Shown here piece after piece: positions 1 to 7,528 of a stretch of 64,000 nucleotides of DNA. How positions within the stretch are numbered: position 1 is the stretch's first letter; each line of letters begins with the position of its first letter. Source of the DNA: Wenzhouxiangella sp. (GTDB taxonomy: Bacteria > Pseudomonadota > Gammaproteobacteria > Xanthomonadales > Wenzhouxiangellaceae); the NCBI GenBank assembly GCA_007134485.1, contig SLKT01000040.1:16696-80695 (forward strand), given 5' to 3'. The position numbers and the translations under genes are program-made. The notes below the pieces were generated by a model, which saw only the letters and a list, made by a program, of their open reading frames with translations, had not been told where the DNA came from and did not search any database.

Positions 1-349
1 CGGACGAGGCAGACGCCAAGAGTCGCAGCAAGCCGTTCAGCACTTGCCGCCCCGATTGCTCATCGTTCACTTCCGGGGGAGAAGTCACCTCCCCCTGAGC
101 ATCCAGGCATTGCACGAACACATCCAGTCGCCCATCACTTTCATTGACCTCACGGATGACCGCCGTGAGATCGTCACTGCCCGCAATATCCGACATGGCG
201 CCAATGGAGGTGCGTTCCGTCGGCCGCACGCCATGCTCGCCGGTCAATCGAATCATCCAGACAGCGCAATCGAGTTTCGGCAAACGAGCCATCCACAGCT
301 CGGCCTGCTCGCTGTCCGATAGTTTCTTGATCAGTTCAGGTGTATCCAC
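1..349 (-). CDS. Partial CDS (runs off window): degenerate Ser/Thr protein kinase-like (pseudokinase) N-terminal region
   Basis: Not in ORF track. Manual translation from GTG at 349, 16 nt after the PAAR stop, is open to base 1: MDTPELIKKLSDSEQAELWMARLPKLDCAVWMIRLTGEHGVRPTERTSIGAMSDIAGSDDLTAVIREVNESDGRLDVFVQCLDAQGEVTSPPEVNDEQSGRQVLNGLLRLLASASS. Spacing matches Hanks subdomains I-V, but the Gly loop and VAIK Lys are lost. Confidence 0.6.
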   Translation of the reverse strand, partial: MDTPELIKKLSDSEQAELWMARLPKLDCAVWMIRLTGEHGVRPTERTSIGAMSDIAGSDDLTAVIREVNESDGRLDVFVQCLDAQGEVTSPPEVNDEQSGRQVLNGLLRLLASASS

Positions 350-365
350 AAATCGAACCTGCCAC

Positions 366-761
366 TCAGGGCGCCAGGACCAGGACCTTGAACTGGCTTG
401 GGGCCAGTGAGGCGCCGGGCGCATTGGTGCTGTTTTGCATCGACATGCTGGTGACTCGGGTGGCCGGCATGCCACCGGTCAGGGTCGTGAAGGACCCGGT
501 CAGGTGCCGTGACGGGCCCATGACCATCCCCGATGCCACGCCCGTGCCTACCCCGGCATTGTCACCGTTGGTAAAAGGCGTTGTTGTTCCAAGGTTATGT
601 GCCGGCATGCCGGCAACCAGGATATTGGTCACATTCGGAATGGCGGTCATCCCGGTGGCTATATTGGGATAGGGCACAGGCACCGGACCAACCGGACTCG
701 GTGTGTTGCAGACATCCGGAAAGGCCATGTTCATGCCGCCCATTTGTGTATTGGAAAACAT
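366..761 (-). CDS. DUF4150 PAAR-like spike-tip protein, stand-alone (TagD-5-like)
   Basis: FPDVCNTP...PVPVPYPN motif typical of DUF4150; 131 aa with no toxin extension; downstream of vgrG. Confidence 0.9.
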   Translation of the reverse strand: MFSNTQMGGMNMAFPDVCNTPSPVGPVPVPYPNIATGMTAIPNVTNILVAGMPAHNLGTTTPFTNGDNAGVGTGVASGMVMGPSRHLTGSFTTLTGGMPATRVTSMSMQNSTNAPGASLAPSQFKVLVLAP

Positions 762-764
762 CGC

Positions 765-1427
765 TCACCCCAACTGGATCTGATCGGCGTCGATCTTGCC
801 GAGCTCGTCGGCCTTGGCAAGAATATGCTCACCCCGCAAGGTCATCGCATTGCGTGCCCTGAGGTCCAGCTGTCCTGCCTGGACTCGGTCCATTTGTTCG
901 GTCTTGCGGATAAAGGTCCGGGCCGACTGATGATGCTGGTCAGCGACGGTGTCCATTCTCCGGGTCACCGTTCGAATACGCTCAAAGGTTGTTTCCAACC
1001 GCTCGCCTACCCAACTTGCCGCCTTGCAGAAATGCTCGGCCAGCGCCGTGGAAAAACGGATCACCGGTCCATGAATCGAGACCAGGCGGTCACTGCCCAG
1101 ATCGAGTGCTTCTGCAGCACGCACCGACAGGCTGCCCGACGGACATTCAATCTCGACATCACCGGCGAAGCGCAATTTCAGATCACGACTATCATCACGC
1201 TCGAGGATGGCCAGAATCCAGCAGTCGGAACCGGCACAAAGTGCGCTGACACGGTCGCCCGGCTCGGGCGTCACCAGGCAGCTGTGCGCCACCGTGGCCA
1301 GACGAACAACGCCATCGTCCGACTGAATCTGCCACAGGCCGCCCTGTTCACCATGCACCACCCCAAGACTGTACTCGGGACTTGCCACCGGGTCATCAGG
1401 GATCATTGGCTTCTGCTCTACTTTCAT
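765..1427 (-). CDS. DUF3540 family T6SS accessory protein (TagC-5-like)
   Basis: SCLVTPEPGDRV...WILAILER motif, C-terminal KIDADQIQLG; lies between pentapeptide and DUF4150 genes. Confidence 0.85.
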   Translation of the reverse strand: MKVEQKPMIPDDPVASPEYSLGVVHGEQGGLWQIQSDDGVVRLATVAHSCLVTPEPGDRVSALCAGSDCWILAILERDDSRDLKLRFAGDVEIECPSGSLSVRAAEALDLGSDRLVSIHGPVIRFSTALAEHFCKAASWVGERLETTFERIRTVTRRMDTVADQHHQSARTFIRKTEQMDRVQAGQLDLRARNAMTLRGEHILAKADELGKIDADQIQLG

Positions 1428-1437
1428 CTTCTACTCC

Positions 1438-2565
1438 TCAGTCAATTGCAGGAGACCATTGTTCAGCCTCGAGTCTTTTTTGATCGGTGGAAAGCGCCAA
1501 CTTGCGATCCGGAAAATGTGCATCATCTTCGATCGCCTGGTGAAAGTTGGCCCGAAACAACGAACAATCCTGGAAATCTGCCGAACTCAAGTTGGCATGT
1601 GAGAAATCGGCATAGGTCAATTCCATACCACTGAAATCAGCCCCTTGGCACTGGGCCGCTTCCCAGCTTGACTGCCAGGCGGAACTGCCGGTCAGCTTGG
1701 CGCCATCAAGCCTTGCCTCATTGAACAAGCACTGAGTCAGATCGCAACCGGAAAGCTCCGCCTCTTCAAGGAATGCCTTGATGAAGATTGCATTGGCGGC
1801 AACCGAGCCGGCCAGCCTTGCGCCGGACAGCTTGGCCTCGGTGAAATTGCACTGAACAAGTTGGCAATCACGCAGATCGGCGCCAGTCAGGTCGGCATTG
1901 GCCAGTTGTGAGCGTGACAGATCCATGCCATGCAGATCCATGCCTGACAGGTCGGTGCTGATCAGTGTGCACATATCAAATCGAGCGCCGCGTAGATTTG
2001 AGCCCCGCAACGAGCCCTCACATACGATCAATCGTTCCAGGTTGGTTTCCTGAAAGTCCAGGCGAATGAGCTTGCTACTGGCAAACACCGTGTAGCTGAT
2101 GAGCGCATTGCGAAAGTCGGTATCGTGGATGGTGCAGGAAATAAAGCTGGTTCTTTCGAGGGCGGCCGAGCGCAGATCAACTTGATTGAGAACTGACTCG
2201 ACGAAATGAGCATCCCCGAATGAGCATTCAGACATATCCACTGTCTGCAACACGCAATCGTGGAATGTACATTCCTGGCCATTGACAGCATGAAGGCTTG
2301 AACCGGACAGATCACACTCTGTCAGCAATGTTTCCTTAAGCTTGGCATTGGCCAAATTGGCGTCAATCAGCTTGCAATCCGTCATCACCGCCTCTTCCAG
2401 GTTGGCCGATGACAAGTTGCTATTGCTGAAATCAACATCGGAAAAAATGATGCCAGACAAATCAGCATTACTCAGATTGACTCCGACAATCCGTGCATCT
2501 TCGACCACTCCGTGATTTCTCACGTGACGTCGGATGGCTCCCCGCGAACTCAACTCAATGGTCAT
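1438..2565 (-). CDS. Pentapeptide-repeat protein (TagB-5-like)
   Basis: Almost all of the 375 aa are A(D/N)LXX-type repeats (NLSNADLSG, ANLANAKLKE, ADLTGADLRD, ADFSHANLSSADF). Confidence 0.92.
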   Translation of the reverse strand: MTIELSSRGAIRRHVRNHGVVEDARIVGVNLSNADLSGIIFSDVDFSNSNLSSANLEEAVMTDCKLIDANLANAKLKETLLTECDLSGSSLHAVNGQECTFHDCVLQTVDMSECSFGDAHFVESVLNQVDLRSAALERTSFISCTIHDTDFRNALISYTVFASSKLIRLDFQETNLERLIVCEGSLRGSNLRGARFDMCTLISTDLSGMDLHGMDLSRSQLANADLTGADLRDCQLVQCNFTEAKLSGARLAGSVAANAIFIKAFLEEAELSGCDLTQCLFNEARLDGAKLTGSSAWQSSWEAAQCQGADFSGMELTYADFSHANLSSADFQDCSLFRANFHQAIEDDAHFPDRKLALSTDQKRLEAEQWSPAID

Positions 2566-5209
2566 GGTGTTGCTTCCGATCTTGCAGGCGGGGATAGATA
2601 TTCATGCGCCTGGTCAAGGCTTCGTCGATACGGGTTTTCTTGTCAGCGATAATCCGGGCCAGGTCTGCTGCGTAAAGGTTGGCCTTGTCAAAGGTCGCAC
2701 TACGCAGGTCAGCCCGGTGAAAGACACTTGAGATCCAATTCGCTCCGGTCATATCGCATTCTCTGAGATCCGCCCGCACCCATCTTGACTCGGGACCATG
2801 GGATTGACGGAATGAACTCCCGCCCGCGTTTACCTCACTGAAGTCGGCCTGGTCGAGTCGCGAATGACTGAAGTCGCAATTGAGCAGATTGGCACCAAAC
2901 CAGTTGGTTCGGCCAAGATTGGCCGACTGAAAACTGCTTTGAGAAAAGTCACAACCCTTGACAAACACGACCTTATCCAGGCTGGCATGGCCGAAATCTG
3001 AACTGCGCCCTGTACAGGCCACGAATACCACCTTGCCCAGAGTTGCCCCCTGCCAATTTGTATTGCCCAGCGAAGACTTGAGGAAAATCGATTTCTGGAA
3101 TTCCACCTCGGAAAAATTACAGCTATCCATGTTCATTTCGAGAAAAACGAGGTCCTGGCCCTTGACGGCGGAAAAATCGCACCGGCGGATTCGAGCCTGC
3201 AAGAACACCTGCATACCCGAAATGACAGCTCCACTGAAGTCCGAATCACCGATTCGGGCCGATTCCAGCACGGTATCTTCAAGACTGGCCTGCCTTGCCG
3301 TGACCTGGATCAGACTGGCCTTGCCCAGATTGGCCTCATCCAGACAGGCGCCGTCCAGGTTGGTTTCGCGCAGATGCGAGTGGGCCAGTACCGCACCCGA
3401 AAGATTTGCGCCACTAAGGTTGGTTCGGGTGAGCACAGCCGATTCCAGGAATACCCCGGACAAATCCCGACCGGCCAGATTCAGCCCGCTGAGATCAACA
3501 CCGCAGAAATCCATCCCGGAAACACTTTGCCCATTGGCCAGCATGGCGATCAGTAACTTGACCTGTTCACTGGAACTGCCCAGGGCTTTGACCGGCTTCT
3601 GGTGATGCGCGCTGATTCGATACAGGTCCTTCAAGCCATGCTCGGATTCCTTCCACTGCTCGAACACGGCCGGATCATCAAGCATGGCTTCCAGCTCAGC
3701 CGGATCGGCCCCCAACTCCCGCACCCGCCTGATTTGTTCTTGCAAGTCCTCCAACATGGCTTGTGCGTTGAATTTTGGCGGCCCCAGCCCCTGATCATCA
3801 TCCTTGAGCACTTCATCCATCGAGAAATCCAGTTCAGGGCGCTTGTCCAGTTCCTGACTGATCCGGTCTCGCGCTTCATCCCGACGCTGGTAACCCTCGA
3901 GCATGGAGTCATACATCAACTGGTACTTCTCATTCAGATAAGCCTCGAGATCATCCGGATCCGGAAGATCCGACGACTGATCGAGGTCCGGCGTTGCATG
4001 CTCGGGAAATTCGTGACCCAGTTCCCGCGTCTTTTCACGGGCCTCCTTTTGCGCGGAATCCAGTCTGTCTTCAATATTGCGAACCAGTGCAGACTGATCT
4101 TCATCACCAAGCTGGTCAAGTACATCCTGGACCACGGATCTGGCCAGACCGGTGGGCATCAGGGGCTCATCGTTGATCATGTCCAGCATGTTCTCCCCCG
4201 GGTCCAGCCGACGATTCATGACCGCATGATAATGATCAAGTGTTCGTGCCTGTTCCGGAAATTCAGCGCCCAGTATCAGCGTTTCGACATCATGGGCATC
4301 ATACTCGGCCACACCGATGCTGCCCTGGTAAACAAGAACCAACAGCTCAACCTCGGGCAGAAACCACAACGTCGTCAATACGGTCTTGGCCTCATGCAAG
4401 ACCTGCTCCTGCTTGAGGCGATAAAAACAACGGGTCCTCAATTGCGGCACCTCGCCCTCCAGCACGGGTTGGTCAGCGTGCATGCCCTGGATCCGAAATC
4501 TTTCACCGCCGTTCCAAAACCCATCGGACCATTGATCGGGTGAGGCCATATTGAAATATTCCCAGCCGATATCATCCGGAAAGCCCGGGAACCGAGTTTT
4601 CAACCAGGCATCATCATGTGTACCCGCCAGCGTCCTGCGTTGCGGCCAAGATACATCAAGCGGCCCCAGTCCGGCCGGATCAGGACGCTGGCTCTTGAGG
4701 CCAACCGGTTTTTTCGGGTCTTCAATATTGGGCAACGGCCAGCGCCCGGCATTCGGTCCCGCATCGATCTTGTGCATGCCCTTGCCCAATGGATTGCGCT
4801 CAAATCCTTCGCCGCCAAACGCGTATTGCCAGTCCATCGGCAAGACCTCGAACGGTTGCGGCTGGGTGATGCGATCACCTTCGAAATAACGATCGCCGAA
4901 AACTCTCAGCTCCTTGACATGCTCACCCACCTGAATCCTGAGCGGCATGGCCTTGATCGGCTTTCCGCCCGGTGCATGGGCATTTCCGACAACCAGAAAC
5001 TCGCCATGTTTTTTGGGGATGCCTGCATCCAGGATTCCATGCTCGCCCAGCTCCGGCAGGGCTTGCTGCCATAATTCGGCTTCCATTAACATCTCCAGGT
5101 CCCGCAGCAAGGGCACCGCAGCGATGATGGAAAAACCGAGATACGCCCGAGCGCCATACTCAAACGGACGCGTGACCACGCTCAACTGAAGGGGCTTAAC
5201 GATTCTCAT
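2555..5209 (-). CDS. DUF2169 adaptor/chaperone fused to C-terminal pentapeptide repeats (TagAB-5-like)
   Basis: N-terminal DUF2169 motifs (LDAGIPKKHGEFLVVG, ELRVFGDR, YAFGG, NPLGKG, DDAWLKTRFPGFPDD), acidic helical linker, about 300 aa of pentapeptide repeats; first gene after vgrG. Confidence 0.9.
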   Translation of the reverse strand: MRIVKPLQLSVVTRPFEYGARAYLGFSIIAAVPLLRDLEMLMEAELWQQALPELGEHGILDAGIPKKHGEFLVVGNAHAPGGKPIKAMPLRIQVGEHVKELRVFGDRYFEGDRITQPQPFEVLPMDWQYAFGGEGFERNPLGKGMHKIDAGPNAGRWPLPNIEDPKKPVGLKSQRPDPAGLGPLDVSWPQRRTLAGTHDDAWLKTRFPGFPDDIGWEYFNMASPDQWSDGFWNGGERFRIQGMHADQPVLEGEVPQLRTRCFYRLKQEQVLHEAKTVLTTLWFLPEVELLVLVYQGSIGVAEYDAHDVETLILGAEFPEQARTLDHYHAVMNRRLDPGENMLDMINDEPLMPTGLARSVVQDVLDQLGDEDQSALVRNIEDRLDSAQKEAREKTRELGHEFPEHATPDLDQSSDLPDPDDLEAYLNEKYQLMYDSMLEGYQRRDEARDRISQELDKRPELDFSMDEVLKDDDQGLGPPKFNAQAMLEDLQEQIRRVRELGADPAELEAMLDDPAVFEQWKESEHGLKDLYRISAHHQKPVKALGSSSEQVKLLIAMLANGQSVSGMDFCGVDLSGLNLAGRDLSGVFLESAVLTRTNLSGANLSGAVLAHSHLRETNLDGACLDEANLGKASLIQVTARQASLEDTVLESARIGDSDFSGAVISGMQVFLQARIRRCDFSAVKGQDLVFLEMNMDSCNFSEVEFQKSIFLKSSLGNTNWQGATLGKVVFVACTGRSSDFGHASLDKVVFVKGCDFSQSSFQSANLGRTNWFGANLLNCDFSHSRLDQADFSEVNAGGSSFRQSHGPESRWVRADLRECDMTGANWISSVFHRADLRSATFDKANLYAADLARIIADKKTRIDEALTRRMNIYPRLQDRKQHHDH

Positions 5210-5262
5210 AGGCGCTGAACGAGTTTACCTCCACATCAGACAGATTGCGTGCAAGAGGTCGC

Positions 5263-7518
5263 TCACAAGTCGATTTTCAGGTCGCTCAGATCGACTTCGA
5301 AGTCTCCGATACACAAATCCACTCCCTTCTTCGCCAGGTTGGTCAGACGCTTCTGCAAGGCAATCTTTTCTTTCATCATTTTGATGTGGGACATCTTGAG
5401 TGTGAACAGGGTCTTCGACGCATCCATGCCGGTCACGCCCATATTTATAGCTTTGAGATCCACATTAAGGCCTGCGATTACGGAGACCGCCGTGGTCTTG
5501 AAATCGGATGTATTGCCCGCGACTCCAATGGTGCTGCCCTGCAGATTGATCTGGAATTCCCCGAAGTGCGTATGGTGCGGGACGGTCAGGGTGATCTGTC
5601 CGCCTGATATGAGGTCAATGTCCTTCTTGGACTCGATCTTGATTTTCCCATCAACATCCTTTTTCCATTTGCCGCCTACCTCCTCAATCTGATCACCACC
5701 GACATCACGCTCCTCATCACCCTTGACTTCAAATTCTCGATCACCCTCGACAGTCACCGTCTGCTTGCCCTCGACAGTCGCTGTCTGTTCGCCCTTGACG
5801 GTATCGGTATCGTCTCCTTCTACCGTGCGCGTATCATCACCTTCTATGGTTTGAGTTCGATCCTTCTTGACATCGATTGTTTCGTCACCTTCCACCAGTA
5901 CCGAGCGATCATTCTCGACGCTGACATCCATATCCCTTTCAGCATGAATGGCGATCCTTTCTTCGCCCTTCTTGTCCTCGAAACGAATCTCGTTGAAATT
6001 ACCCGTCCCGCCTTCCGGCGTGCTACGGGTCTTTACGCCGGACTGCGTGGCATCCTCGAATGGAGGCCGATTTTCACCGTTGTAGACCGCCCCGGTAATG
6101 ATCGGTCGATCAGGGTTGCCATCCAGGAACTCAACGATCACTTCATGGCCAATGCGCGGAAAAAAGAACGCACCCCATCCCTTTCCGGCCCAGGCCTGCG
6201 ATACGCGCACCCGGCAGGAACTGTTCTCGTCATGTTTTCCTTCCCGGTCCCAATGAAACTGGACCTTGACCCGACCATGGTCATCAACATCGATTTCCTT
6301 GCCTTCGGGGCCTACCACGACTGCAGTCTGCGGACCATGAACGATGGGATGCGGTGTTTTCCGCTTTGGCTGGTAAGTAACACTGGACGGAACGGCCGTC
6401 AGGGTGACACGATAGTCGACCTCCTCGTCGACCCAGGTGCGCGTGTGGTCGTATTCAGGTAAAGTCAGTTCATGGCGAGTTGTACTGACCAGATATTCTC
6501 GCTCCTGATCAGAGCGATCGTGGTGGTCAAGCTTGAACTGATAACCCGGCACCAGGGTTCGAATTCGCCCTTGCCCAGCCAGCACCTCGAATCCAGACTG
6601 CATTTCCTCTTTTCGTATCGTGGCTGCACGAACCAGGGGGCCGGTACTGATTTCATCACTTCGATGTTGAGGGAAGCGCGCCGGATAGTCGTAATGTTCC
6701 AGGGAAACCGAACCGGGGCCGGCAAACTCCTCCGATTCCTGAACCTTTGACTTGGCCTCCATGAGATTGGGCTGCATGTAGTTGTAGTCACGCAACTCCA
6801 CGGACTCGATCCTGATCTCCCGCCGCATGCGCCAATCATGGATATGCAGCCCAGGGCCTCCCTCGGCATCCGGATCCCAGACCACCGTATCCATTTCATC
6901 CGAAACGTCCGAATGAGCGACGGATAATGGATCATGAACAGTCGAGTCATCGGCCAGAATCAGGACATGTTTTCCATCTTCGTGACGGAAGAAGTAATGA
7001 ATCCCCTCTTCTTCCATCAAACGCGAGACGAAGTCGAAATCACTCTCACGGTACTGGACGCAGTAATCGCGAACCGGGTAATCATCAACACCCAGTTCAT
7101 CCAGAAAATCACTGAGACCATGATCCTCGAAAACTTGCTTGATGATTTCCGGTGTCGCGCGATTCTGGAAAATCCGGCTGTTGCGTGTCCGGGTCAAAAA
7201 CCAGAGCCAGGGTCGCAAGCGAACATGGTAGACGGCCAGGTCGGAGGCACGGAAACCGACAAATGACATACTTGTGATGTTGCCACAGAACCAGCGCTTG
7301 CCACCTTTGACAGCTTCGAGCTCAACCTGGGCATGGCGGCCCAGCAATTGATCAAGGTCGATATCTGTCCGACTACTCTTGTCTCCCAAAACAACCAACT
7401 CAAACTCGAAAAGCTCGCTGATCCCCTCGTTCCCTTCAAAGCGCTGCAGGACGAGAAAATCCTCATCCTGTCCATCGATCAGAAATTTCGCCTGGCGGTT
7501 GCCCTGTATCTGAACCAT
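5263..7518 (-). CDS. vgrG: T6SS spike protein VgrG with gp5-type repeats and short C-terminal extension
   Basis: YCVQYRESDFDFVSRLMEEEGI, GPQTAVVVGP, GRVKVQFHWDR, PRIGHEVIVEFLDGNPDRP, NEIRFEDKKGEE; 8-aa VEGD repeats. Confidence 0.97.
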   Translation of the reverse strand: MVQIQGNRQAKFLIDGQDEDFLVLQRFEGNEGISELFEFELVVLGDKSSRTDIDLDQLLGRHAQVELEAVKGGKRWFCGNITSMSFVGFRASDLAVYHVRLRPWLWFLTRTRNSRIFQNRATPEIIKQVFEDHGLSDFLDELGVDDYPVRDYCVQYRESDFDFVSRLMEEEGIHYFFRHEDGKHVLILADDSTVHDPLSVAHSDVSDEMDTVVWDPDAEGGPGLHIHDWRMRREIRIESVELRDYNYMQPNLMEAKSKVQESEEFAGPGSVSLEHYDYPARFPQHRSDEISTGPLVRAATIRKEEMQSGFEVLAGQGRIRTLVPGYQFKLDHHDRSDQEREYLVSTTRHELTLPEYDHTRTWVDEEVDYRVTLTAVPSSVTYQPKRKTPHPIVHGPQTAVVVGPEGKEIDVDDHGRVKVQFHWDREGKHDENSSCRVRVSQAWAGKGWGAFFFPRIGHEVIVEFLDGNPDRPIITGAVYNGENRPPFEDATQSGVKTRSTPEGGTGNFNEIRFEDKKGEERIAIHAERDMDVSVENDRSVLVEGDETIDVKKDRTQTIEGDDTRTVEGDDTDTVKGEQTATVEGKQTVTVEGDREFEVKGDEERDVGGDQIEEVGGKWKKDVDGKIKIESKKDIDLISGGQITLTVPHHTHFGEFQINLQGSTIGVAGNTSDFKTTAVSVIAGLNVDLKAINMGVTGMDASKTLFTLKMSHIKMMKEKIALQKRLTNLAKKGVDLCIGDFEVDLSDLKIDL

Positions 7519-7528
7519 GAGCTATCTC

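Noticed and set aside
5700-5930. Repetitive DNA in vgrG (VEGD-type 8-aa units)
   Set aside because: Ordinary gp5 C-terminal beta-helix repeats
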